From Pseudomonadota bacterium (GTDB lineage Bacteria; Pseudomonadota; Alphaproteobacteria; Rhizobiales; Hyphomicrobiaceae): a stretch of 64,000 nucleotides of DNA. Location of the stretch: NCBI GenBank assembly GCA_023405815.1, contig JAEXXM010000056.1, positions 1,126 through 65,125 of the forward strand, read 5' to 3'. Positions 1 to 7,660 of the stretch are shown one piece after another; the stretch's first letter is position 1, and each line of letters opens with the position of its first letter. The translations under genes were made by a program, and so were the position numbers. Below the pieces are notes generated by a model. That model was not told the origin of the DNA. It saw only the letters and a program-made list of their open reading frames with translations, and searched no databases.

Positions 1-2
1 CT

Positions 3-59
3 GATGCGGCGTCGTCGTTCGGCGGCGAGGTTGCGCCATTCGTCAAATACAGCCCCGAC
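3..59 (+). repeat. Cassette linker repeat A, copy 1 (encodes SSFGG..APFVKYSPD)
   Basis: 49/57 nt identical, ungapped, to 2000-2056 (hand count). Confidence 0.9.
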
Positions 60-113
60 TAGCCGCGCGTCGCTGCCGGCAACTCGGACGGCGGCCAGTG
101 GACCGACGGCGGA
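54..113 (+). repeat. Cassette linker repeat B, copy 1 (encodes PD*PRVAAGNSDGGQWTDGG)
   Basis: 51/60 nt identical, ungapped, to 1831-1890 (hand count). Confidence 0.9.
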
Positions 114-642
114 GGCGGTGGTTCTGGAACTAACGCGCCCAGTGAAGCCGGTGAAGGTGAGCAACTCATTCGACTGGCGCAGGCCGCCGAAGACGACGCT
201 ACTAAATATCTGGTGGATCTTGAGGAGGAAGAGGCGCGGGGCGCCCATACACTTAGATACCACATTGCTGGGAACGACATCGCGGCGCGGGAGAAACTCG
301 AAGCCCGAACACTTCGGACCCTTACCCATACGTACTACAAGAAGATCAACAGCACGTTCGACTCGATTGAATCGGCATCTGACTTTGTGAACAGGGTGCT
401 TGAAGAAAGCAAAGATGCTGTCGATCTCGTTGCGAGCGGGGCCCAGCCACGCAGGTGGCTATCGAAACGTTTTGGATATGTCACTGGGCGAGAAGCAGAG
501 CGCGTTGGAAAGATCGACAATATCGTGATCAGGAAGACATACAGCGTCGGAGTGGAAATCCGCCATGATCCAAGATCAAGGAAAGGATACTCTGTCCGGA
601 CAGCATTTCCGTTCAACGAGGATCCGGAGTAGGGATACGTGG

Positions 643-930
643 ATGTCTGTGCCAGTTGAGTTCAAGAAGCTTGCCCGCCTGTTCCTGCAAGACAGTGATG
701 AAGAGGCCCGAACCCTGTCGGAGTTTGTGTCGTTGGCAGTCCAATTGCTGGACTCGACTGATGTCCCCGGCGCAAAGGCCTATGTTGACAGCCTTCTGAG
801 CGCTGATCTGGGGGAGGCAGAGTTGGATGCCATTTGGGAATCTTGTCACCCAAATTACGGGATCGAAGAAGGGAAGATGATCGAGTTTCTCACCGAAATC
901 CAGCGGCAGCTTAGCAAGGCCATGGCGTAG
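643..930 (+). CDS. Putative CdiI-like immunity protein
   Basis: Small acidic helical protein (MSVPVEFKKLARLFLQD...ELDAIW) starting 10 nt after the toxin stop. FLQD resembles the FHQD motif of CdiI immunity proteins paired with RNase A-like toxins. Visibly lower GC. Confidence 0.7.
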   Translation: MSVPVEFKKLARLFLQDSDEEARTLSEFVSLAVQLLDSTDVPGAKAYVDSLLSADLGEAELDAIWESCHPNYGIEEGKMIEFLTEIQRQLSKAMA

Positions 931-979
931 CTAACCCGAGGGGACCGTTAGCGCATGCGGGAGAACATCGAGCGTCATC

Positions 980-1366
980 ATGGGGTCGACAAATAGAGCT
1001 CTGCTCTTGTTGACCGGTCTCGGGTTTCTGGGGCTGGTTATCATCGTTGGAGTGTGGATCATGCCAGGTGAAGTCGCAGGTGACCGCAGTGACACCATTC
1101 TCACCGGTGGCAACGTATTCCAAACGCCTGATTTTCACTTCCACCTCTATATCGATCCCGCCAAGGGTGGCGCCGCTTCGAGCGCGCGAGAGCTCGTTGA
1201 GAGTCTCAAGCGCTTTATGTGGTCAGAACTGGAATTTGACTCTAAGACAGAAAAAGAGGCCTTCGCGCCTTCCAAATATTCCGAGCCATATCTTCGGGAC
1301 ACCTACGGCGTAGCCGTTCTCATCGTTCGCGACCAACAGCTCTGGCGCCGACGTCTTCATTCCTGA
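980..1366 (+). CDS. Hypothetical protein with N-terminal TM helix; possible orphan immunity gene
   Basis: 128 aa, hydrophobic N-terminus (ALLLLTGLGFLGLVIIVGVWIM), lower GC, located within the cassette array. Confidence 0.5.
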   Translation: MGSTNRALLLLTGLGFLGLVIIVGVWIMPGEVAGDRSDTILTGGNVFQTPDFHFHLYIDPAKGGAASSARELVESLKRFMWSELEFDSKTEKEAFAPSKYSEPYLRDTYGVAVLIVRDQQLWRRRLHS

Positions 1367-1515
1367 CGTGAAGAATCTCGTAGCATTGTTCACGGAAATG
1401 AGGCGGCAGCTCCGCGCGGCATAGGAGCGGCGTTCAAGGTTACGCTCATCGCTCCGCCATGACCCTGCTCGGCACGTATGATTGATCGCTGCCTCGCTAG
1501 GGCGACCGCCCGCCT

Positions 1516-2004
1516 TTTTGGCGACGTGCTGTGCTGCCGCTGGTCTCCCGCATGGCGAAAGCCTTCTCGGCGTGGCTTTACCCGGCCTACGGCGGCGGCG
1601 TGGAGCTGCGCCCCGACCTCGACCAGGTGGAGGGACTCTCCGCCGAGCGCGAGGCCTTGTGGGCGCGCATCGACAAGGTCTCGTTCCTGACGCTCGACGA
1701 GAAGCGCGCCGCCGTGGGCTACGAGCCGGCGCCGCGCGAAGAAGTCGAGCCGCAGCCCGGGCCAATGCGGGTGCCGGGGTTCGCCGAGGGCACCGCCTTC
1801 TTCGCTGATGAGGCGAAGGCCGGCTTCGACCCCAACCAGCCGCGCGTTCCGGCCGGCGACTCCGACGGCGGCCAATGGACCGACGGCGGCGGTGGAGGAG
1901 GTGGCAGCAGTAGAAGCAGTGGTGGTGGGTCGAGCAGCTCTCGCTCCTCGGGCGTCCGCGTAGCGCAAGCCAACACGGGAGGTCGCGTCGGCGCCAGTCG
2001 ATGA
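1516..2004 (+). pseudogene. 5'-truncated duplicate of GTA portal C-terminus fused to toxin linker motif; no toxin domain
   Basis: Reads FWRRAVLPLVSRMAKAFSAWL...PDLDQVEGLSAEREALWARI...FLTLDEKRAAVGY (HK97/GTA portal C-terminus), then GFDPNQPRVPAGDSDGGQWTDGGG...GVRVAQ. In-frame TAG at 1498-1500 and no portal N-terminus upstream. Confidence 0.8.
1831..1890 (+). repeat. Cassette linker repeat B, copy 2 (PNQPRVPAGDSDGGQWTDGG)
   Basis: Direct repeat of 54-113; has CAG where copy 1 has TAG. Confidence 0.9.
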
Positions 2005-2056
2005 TGTGTCATCGTTCGGCGGCGATGATGCGCCATTCGTCAAGTACAGCCCCGAT
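2000..2056 (+). repeat. Cassette linker repeat A, copy 2 (DDVSSFGGDDAPFVKYSPD)
   Basis: Direct repeat of 3-59, in a different frame from the 1516-2004 fragment; ends about 20 nt before the protease RBS. Confidence 0.9.
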
Positions 2057-2085
2057 CCAGGTATTCACACAATTCGGAGACATTG

Positions 2086-2811
2086 ATGCTGGCAACTGCA
2101 GCTGCGCAGCCTCGCGGCGGCGTGCGCGAAAATGCGCGTGCGCACGAGGTGAAGTTCACGGCGCTGAACCTCAAGGGCGTCGAGGTGGATGGCAGCTTTG
2201 CAGGCTACGCCAGCATGTTTCATCGCGAGGACCTTGCTGGCGACGTCGTCATGCCAGGCGCCTTCGCCGATAGTCTGAAAGCGCGCGGCGTAACCGGCAT
2301 CAAGATGCTGTTCCAGCACGACGCGAACCAGCCGATCGGCGTGTGGACGGCGCTGCGCGAGGACGGGCGCGGCCTTTATGTCGAGGGACGCCTGATGGCG
2401 GAGGTCGCCAAGGCGCGGGAGGTGCACGCGCTGATGCGTGCCGGCGCGCTCGATGGTCTCTCGATCGGCTTTCGCACCGTCAAGGGGCGGCGCGACCGCG
2501 CGAGCGGGGTAAGGCGCCTGGAAAAGATCGACCTGTGGGAGATTTCGGTCGTCACCTTTCCGCTGCTGCCGGAGGCGCGCGTGCAGGCGATGAAGGCTTC
2601 GCCCTTCGCAGGCGTGCTGCCGACCGAGCGGGAACTCGAACGCTGGCTCACGCGGGATGCTGGGCTGAAGCGATCGGAAGCGCGCGCGCTGATGGGCGCG
2701 GGCTTCAAAGGCCTCAAGGCCCTGCGGGATGCGGGCCGGCATGAAACCGAGGAGACGGTGCTGGCGAAGCGCATCCGCGCCGCGGCGGCGTCCCTCACCA
2801 GCAACACGTAA
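2086..2811 (+). CDS. HK97-family prohead protease (GTA g4)
   Basis: FAGYASMF, DVVMPGAF, MLFQHD, DGLSIGF, LWEISVVTFP motifs; GGAGA RBS at 2076-2080. Confidence 0.95.
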   Translation: MLATAAAQPRGGVRENARAHEVKFTALNLKGVEVDGSFAGYASMFHREDLAGDVVMPGAFADSLKARGVTGIKMLFQHDANQPIGVWTALREDGRGLYVEGRLMAEVAKAREVHALMRAGALDGLSIGFRTVKGRRDRASGVRRLEKIDLWEISVVTFPLLPEARVQAMKASPFAGVLPTERELERWLTRDAGLKRSEARALMGAGFKGLKALRDAGRHETEETVLAKRIRAAAASLTSNT

Positions 2812-2826
2812 CAAAGGAAGAGACAT

Positions 2827-4059
2827 ATGTCGGAACTGGAAACGAAGGCGGGTGGCGGAAGCGTCGGTGCCGCCTTCGAGGACTTCATGCGCGCCTTCGA
2901 GGCGTTCAAGGAAACGAACGACGAGCGGCTCTACAGCCTCGAGCGGCGCTCAGTGAGCGATCCCTTGATCGAGGAGAAGCTCGCCCGTATCGACCGGGCG
3001 CTCGATGACCATCGTCGCGTCGTCGACGACCTGGCGCTGAAGGCCGCGCGTCCGGCCATCGGCGGCGCTGGTCCGCGCTCCGGCGCGTCGCTCGCCCACA
3101 AGTCGGCGTTCGATATCTACGTGCGCAAGGGCGAGCCTGGCGTGCTGCGCGACCTGGAACGCAAGGCGCTGTCGGTCGGCTCCGATCCCGACGGCGGCTA
3201 TCTCGTGCCGGAGGAGACCGAGCGCACGGTGAACCGCGCGCTGCGCGACATCTCGCCCATCCGCGCCATCGCCGGCATCCGCCAGGTGTCGGGTTCGGTC
3301 TACAAGCGGCCGTTCTCCATCACCGGCCCAGCGACGGGCTGGGTGGCAGAGACGGCGTCGCGCCCGCAGACCAATGCGCCGACGCTGGATGAACTATCGT
3401 TCCCGACGACGGAGCTCTACGCCATGCCGGCGGCGACGCCGTCGCTGCTCGACGATGCCGCGGTCGATATCGACGAATGGTTGGCGGAAGAGGTGCGCGT
3501 CGCCTTTGCCGAGCAGGAGGGCACTGCGTTCGTCACTGGCAACGGCACCAACAAGCCGAAGGGCTTCCTTGCTTACACGGCGGTCGCCAATGCCTCGTGG
3601 ACGCACGGCAACCTCGGCTTCATCGCCACGGGCACCGACGGCGCATTCCCGGCGGCCGATCCGGCGGACAAGCTGATCGACCTCATCTATGCGCTGAAGG
3701 CCGGCTATCGCGCCAACGCGCACTTCGTGATGAACCGCGCGACGCAGTCGGTCATCCGCAAGATGAAGGACGGCGACGACAACTATCTTTGGCAGCCCTC
3801 GGGCGCGCCGGGCGAGGCGCCGACGCTGATGGGCTATCCGATCGCGGAGTCGGAGGACATGCCGAACATCGCGGCCGACAGCCTGAGCGTCGCGTTCGGC
3901 GATTTCCGCCGCGGCTACCTCATCGTCGACCGCGTCGGCATCCGCGTGCTGCGCGATCCCTACTCGGCGAAGCCGTACGTGCTCTTCTACACGACGAAGC
4001 GGGTCGGCGGCGGCGTTGCCGACTTCGAGGCGATCAAGCTCCTGAAGTTCGGCGATTAA
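2827..4059 (+). CDS. Major capsid protein, HK97 fold (GTA g5)
   Basis: DGGYLVP, ELYAMPAAT, FGDFRRGYLIVDRVGIRVLRDPYSAKPYVLFYTTKRVGGGV. Confidence 0.97.
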   Translation: MSELETKAGGGSVGAAFEDFMRAFEAFKETNDERLYSLERRSVSDPLIEEKLARIDRALDDHRRVVDDLALKAARPAIGGAGPRSGASLAHKSAFDIYVRKGEPGVLRDLERKALSVGSDPDGGYLVPEETERTVNRALRDISPIRAIAGIRQVSGSVYKRPFSITGPATGWVAETASRPQTNAPTLDELSFPTTELYAMPAATPSLLDDAAVDIDEWLAEEVRVAFAEQEGTAFVTGNGTNKPKGFLAYTAVANASWTHGNLGFIATGTDGAFPAADPADKLIDLIYALKAGYRANAHFVMNRATQSVIRKMKDGDDNYLWQPSGAPGEAPTLMGYPIAESEDMPNIAADSLSVAFGDFRRGYLIVDRVGIRVLRDPYSAKPYVLFYTTKRVGGGVADFEAIKLLKFGD

Positions 4060-4109
4060 CCGCGCGAGTTGTCATCCCCGGTGAAGCGGAACCTTGAAGC
4101 AGCGACAAC

Positions 4110-4244
4110 TGTCATCCTCGGCCTTGGGCCGAGGACCCAGCTTGCAGCTTGCTCACGGGATGGCCGTTTGGCGCTGACGTACAAATCTCTCTTGCGTCGG
4201 TGCTCGCTGATGGGTGGGTCCTCGGGACAAGCCCGAGGATGACA
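4110..4244. repeat. REP doublet (REPIN-like), GTCATCCTCGG...CCGAGGATGAC family
   Basis: Two inverted palindromic units: gtcatcctcggccttgggccgaggaccca and tgggtcctcgggacaagcccgaggatgac. Homologous in opposite orientation to 5930-6058. Confidence 0.85.
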
Positions 4245-4253
4245 CCTTTTTGT

Positions 4254-4348
4254 TTGGCGTCGCGGTTCCTCCCCCCGCGTCGCCAAGGTGCCGTGCTCCG
4301 CACGGACGCCGAAGCGGGACCGCCGTTTTCCCCTGGCGGCGGTCCCGC
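4254..4348 (+). ncRNA. Candidate structured RNA/terminator downstream of capsid gene, with C-rich loops
   Basis: Three hairpins: 4254-4286 (loop TTCCTCCCC), 4291-4305, and 4314-4348 (12-bp stem, loop containing TTCCCCT). Confidence 0.45.
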
Positions 4349-4482
4349 AGCTTATTTCGCTCACGCTGGCTGATCCGCGCGTTCGCGCGGGCCAGCTGCG
4401 CGGGCGCGCCGCACTGGCGGCGGCTCGCCTTGCTCGCCGGTCGCTTCGCGGCCGTTGCCTGATCAACCAACAAAGGAACCGC

Positions 4483-5055
4483 ATGGCCCTGGTGATGACC
4501 AGCGCGCCTGCCTTGGAGCCGGTGACGGTGGCCGAGGCGAAGGCGCATTTGCGTGTCGATAGCGCCGCCGAGGATGCGCTGATCGCGAGTCTCATCCTGA
4601 CGGCGCGGCTGCATATCGAAACGGCGCTAGGACTGGCGCTCATCACGCAAGGCTGGCGCCTGTCGCTCGACCGTTGGCCCGAGGCGCGCGAGGTCGAGCT
4701 GCCGCTGCGGCCGCTGCAGGCGGTCGAGGAGGTGCGAATCATCGGCGCCGACGGCGAAGCGACAGTCATCGCGGCGAGCCAATATCTCGTCGATGTCGGT
4801 AGCTCGCCACCGCGGCTGGTGCGCCGGAATGCGCTTCCCGCACCGGGGCCGGCGGTGAACGGAATCGAGATCGATCTCATCGCGGGATATGGCGACGAGG
4901 CGAGCGACGTTCCGGCGACGATCCGCCAGGCGCTGCTGCTGCTCGTTGCGCATTGGCACGAGCATCGCCATCCGATCGATGTCGGTGCGGCCGATACGGC
5001 CGTTCCTGCTGCGGTGTCGGAGCTGCTGATGCCGTTCCGGGTGGCGCGGCTATGA
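4483..5055 (+). CDS. Head-tail connector/adaptor (GTA g6)
   Basis: MALVMTSAPALEPVTVAEAKAHLRVD...ALLLLVAHWHEHR; AAAGGAA RBS. The ORF-track start at 4288 is too far upstream. Confidence 0.92.
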   Translation: MALVMTSAPALEPVTVAEAKAHLRVDSAAEDALIASLILTARLHIETALGLALITQGWRLSLDRWPEAREVELPLRPLQAVEEVRIIGADGEATVIAASQYLVDVGSSPPRLVRRNALPAPGPAVNGIEIDLIAGYGDEASDVPATIRQALLLLVAHWHEHRHPIDVGAADTAVPAAVSELLMPFRVARL

Positions 5056-5384
5056 GCGGAGGCATTCACATCGGCGAGCTGCGCGAGCGGCTGGTGCTGG
5101 AGGCTCCGGCTCGCACATCGGACGGCGGGGGCGGCGCGTCGGTGACCTGGGGTGAAGTCGCCGTGCTGTGGGCAAAGGTGACTGCGCGCGGGGGCACCGA
5201 GAGCTACGAGCTCGACCGCGTTGCCGGCAAGGCGAGCCATGAGATTGTCATTCGCCACCGCAGCGATGTGACGCCATCGATGCGGTTCCGGCTCGGCGCG
5301 CGGCTCTTCGATATCCGCGCGGCATTCGACGCCGATGGCCGACGCCAATGGCTCATATGCCTTGCCGAGGAGCGGGACCTGTGA
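5052..5384 (+). CDS. Head closure/stopper protein (GTA g7)
   Basis: IGELRERLVLEAP..TSDGGGG..VTW..WA; ATGA overlap with g6. Confidence 0.9.
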   Translation: MSGGIHIGELRERLVLEAPARTSDGGGGASVTWGEVAVLWAKVTARGGTESYELDRVAGKASHEIVIRHRSDVTPSMRFRLGARLFDIRAAFDADGRRQWLICLAEERDL

Positions 5385-5501
5385 AGCTCGGCGTATCGGT
5401 GACGCGCCTCAACGAGGCGGCACTTTTGGCGCGTACGCGGGAGCTCGTGGCGCGCCGGCGTGAGGCGGAGCGTACGCGTTTTGAGGCAAGCGAGGTGAGC
5501 G

Positions 5502-5909
5502 ATGGCGAGCGCGAGCTGGGCGCTGCAGCAGGCGATCTACGCCAGCCTGACGAGCGATAGCGCGCTTGTCGCGCTGCTGGGTGGTGAGCGCGTCTATGAC
5601 GATGTGCCGGAGCGCAAGATGTTCCCCTACGTGACATTCGCTCCGACTTCGGAGCGGGACTGGAGCACCGGCAGCGATGCTGGCACTGAGCACGGCGTCG
5701 TGCTGCACGTCTGGTCGCGCGGGGCGGGACGCAAGGAGGCTCTGGCGATCATGGAGGCCGTACGTGTGCGGCTGCACGATGCGGCACTGACGCCAGAAGA
5801 CCATCGGCTGGTGAACTTGCGGCACGAATCCGCGGAGGTACGGCGCGACGCCGACGGCGAGACGTATCATGGCATCGTGCGATTTCGTGCGGTCACGGAG
5901 CCGGTGTGA
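5502..5909 (+). CDS. Tail terminator, DUF3168 (GTA g8)
   Basis: ALQQAIYASL..VYDDVP..FPYVTF..DWST..HVWSR..HGIVRFRAVTE. Confidence 0.92.
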   Translation: MASASWALQQAIYASLTSDSALVALLGGERVYDDVPERKMFPYVTFAPTSERDWSTGSDAGTEHGVVLHVWSRGAGRKEALAIMEAVRVRLHDAALTPEDHRLVNLRHESAEVRRDADGETYHGIVRFRAVTEPV

Positions 5910-5929
5910 GTCGGAGCGCTTTCGGCCCC

Positions 5930-6058
5930 TCATCCTCGGGCTTGTCCCGAGGACCCAGCCATCAGCGATCTCAGGTGCCAACGTGAGGCGTCATATGCGC
6001 GACGATGGCCGTCGGAGCAAGCGGAGTGTTGGGTCCTCGGCATAAAGCCGAGGATGAC
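5930..6058. repeat. REP doublet (REPIN-like)
   Basis: tcatcctcgggcttgtcccgaggaccca ... tgggtcctcggcataaagccgaggatgac. Confidence 0.85.
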
Positions 6059-6122
6059 AATCGGGCCGGCGTTGCGCACCAGAACTGAAGTTGGCGGGCA
6101 CGCAAAGGAAAGTGAGTGAGAG

Positions 6123-6536
6123 ATGGCGGCACAGAAGGGCAAGGACCTTCTTCTGAAGGTCGATAGCGACGGGGCCGGATCGTTCGCGACGATCGCCGGG
6201 CTGCGCACGCGCACGCTTGCGTTCAACGCGGAGTCTGTGGATGTCACGCACGCGGAGAGTGCCGGGCAATGGCGCGAGCTGCTGGCGGGGGCTGGTGTCA
6301 AGTCGGCGCGGCTGACGGGTGCGGGGATATTCAAGGATGCCGCCTCGGATGCGATCATCCGCAGCTACGTGTTCAACGGCACCATCCGCGACTGGCAGGT
6401 GGTGATCCCCGATTTCGGCACCGTCGAAGGGCCGTTCCATATCGGCTCGTTCGAGCTGACCGGGCGGCATGACGGCGAGGTCGCCTTCGAGATCGCGCTG
6501 GAGTCGGCTGGCGAGCTGACCTTCGCCGCGACCTAG
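6123..6536 (+). CDS. Major tail tube protein, TP901-1 family (GTA g9)
   Basis: MAAQKGKDLLLK...FNAESVDVT...WRELLAGAGVKS...PDFGTVEGPF. Confidence 0.95.
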   Translation: MAAQKGKDLLLKVDSDGAGSFATIAGLRTRTLAFNAESVDVTHAESAGQWRELLAGAGVKSARLTGAGIFKDAASDAIIRSYVFNGTIRDWQVVIPDFGTVEGPFHIGSFELTGRHDGEVAFEIALESAGELTFAAT

Positions 6537-6593
6537 CGCCCCTCGACAACGGGCGCGCCTCTGGCATGCTGCGGTGATCGCCAGGGGGAATCG

Positions 6594-6920
6594 ATGACCA
6601 CACTCGCTATCTACGTCGCTGCGGCGATTGCCGAGATCGCCGGCTGCTTCGCGCTGTGGGCGGTGACGCGGCTCAACGCGTCGTGGCTATGGATCGCGCC
6701 GGGCGTCGCGAGCCTCGTCCTGTTCGGGTGGCTGCTGACGCGGGTGGATGTCGACTTCGCCGGTCGCGCCTATGCGGTCTATGGCGGCATCTACATAGCC
6801 GCCTCGCTCGGGTGGCTATGGGCAGTGGAGGGACGCATGCCGGACCGCTGGGACGTCCTCGGCGCGGCCATCTGCGTCACCGGTGCGCTGATCATTCTCT
6901 ACGCCCCGCGCGGCGCATAG
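6594..6920 (+). CDS. YnfA/UPF0060 family small membrane protein
   Basis: [31 protein letters not shown]; four TM segments. Confidence 0.9.
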   Translation: MTTLAIYVAAAIAEIAGCFALWAVTRLNASWLWIAPGVASLVLFGWLLTRVDVDFAGRAYAVYGGIYIAASLGWLWAVEGRMPDRWDVLGAAICVTGALIILYAPRGA

Positions 6921-6955
6921 GCATTGGGCAGTCGGCAATAGGCAATAGGCAATGG
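6918..6955 (+). repeat. Short tandem heptamer repeat (GGCAATA/GGCAGTC-like)
   Basis: taggcattgggcagtcggcaataggcaataggcaatgg; a similar array lies at 8255-8283. Confidence 0.7.
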
Positions 6956-7006
6956 TTTCCGACCTTTGTGCCTTGACGCGCAGAGGGAAGCCGTGAGCTG
7001 CCACTA

Positions 7007-7104
7007 CATTGTCATCCCGGCACTTGTTGCCGGGATCGAGCCTTGGGTTTGGCGCCGCAGCTGCCGATAGATGGATCCCGGGGACAAGCCCCGGGATGAC
7101 AATG
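7007..7104. repeat. REP doublet, GTCATCCCGG...CCGGGATGAC subtype
   Basis: cattgtcatcccggcacttgttgccgggatc ... gatcccggggacaagccccgggatgacaatg; related to 43924-44012. Confidence 0.85.
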
Positions 7105-7118
7105 ACATGGAGCTTTCA

Positions 7119-7490
7119 ATGGCAAATGCGCATCGCGGCGAGATCGAGGCCGTGCTGGACGGCAAGGCGTTTCGCCTATGCCTGACGCTCGGCGCGCTGG
7201 CGGAGCTCGAAGCTGCGTTCGGCGACGAAGACATGCTGGCGCTGGCGCAGCGCTTCGGCGGCGGGCGGCTTTCGGCGCGCGACTGCGTGCGCATCATCGG
7301 CGCCGGGCTGCGGGGCGCGGGATACGAGATCAGCGACGACGTCGTGCGCGGGATGCGGGCCGTGAACGGTGCGGCCGGATACGTCGATGCCGTGGCGCGT
7401 CTGCTGCGCGCGACGTTCGGCGACGAGGCAGAAGGGCGGCGCGCGTCGGCGGAGGAGACCGCAAGCGGCCCTTTCCCTGGGACGACGTGA
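7119..7490 (+). CDS. Tail assembly chaperone (GTA g10)
   Basis: MANAHRGEIEA.LDG...LCLTLGALAELEAAF...IIGAGLRGAG; GGAG RBS. Confidence 0.92.
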   Translation: MANAHRGEIEAVLDGKAFRLCLTLGALAELEAAFGDEDMLALAQRFGGGRLSARDCVRIIGAGLRGAGYEISDDVVRGMRAVNGAAGYVDAVARLLRATFGDEAEGRRASAEETASGPFPGTT

Positions 7491-7651
7491 TGGCCGCTGG
7501 ATTCGGCCTGCTCGGGCTTTCGCCGGCGGCGTTCTGGGCGATGACGCCGCGCGAGCTGGCGGCTGCGTTGCGCGGGCGCCTCGGGCCTGCGGGCGCGGGA
7601 CCACCCGGCAAAGAAGACATTGCGGCGCTGATGCGCCGTTTCCCCGATTAG
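7469..7651 (+). CDS. Tail assembly chaperone C-terminal part (GTA g10.1), probably reached by -1 frameshift
   Basis: PFPWDDVMAAGFGLLGLSPAAFWAMTPREL...LMRRFPD in the -1 frame of g10; slippery C CCT TTC at 7469-7475. Confidence 0.85.
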   Translation, partial: PFPWDDVMAAGFGLLGLSPAAFWAMTPRELAAALRGRLGPAGAGPPGKEDIAALMRRFPD

Positions 7652-7660
7652 CGAGGCAGC

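Larger units (their letters stand above)
3..632 (+). pseudogene. Polymorphic toxin cassette: linker motif plus C-terminal RNase A-like (CdiA-CT type) nuclease domain; in-frame TAG at 60-62
   Basis: Frame 3 reads DAASSFGGEVAPFVKYSPD*PRVAAGNSDGGQWTDGGGGG...IRLAQ...GAHTLRYHIAG...STFDSIESA...GYSVRTAFP. The HT..H / S.F / TAFP pattern resembles the bacterial CdiA-CT RNase A domain. GTG at 213 is a possible internal start. Confidence 0.7.

Noticed and set aside
4288..4482. N-terminal extension of g6 in the ORF track (similarly the 7071, 10248 and 14316 starts)
   Set aside because: These extensions run through hairpins, REPs or the upstream gene; downstream ATGs have RBSs or stop-start overlaps and match family N-termini.
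5381..5560. Small ORF between g7 and g8
   Set aside because: It fills the gap with a GTGA overlap but overlaps g8 by about 60 nt and has no recognisable motif; possible but unsupported.
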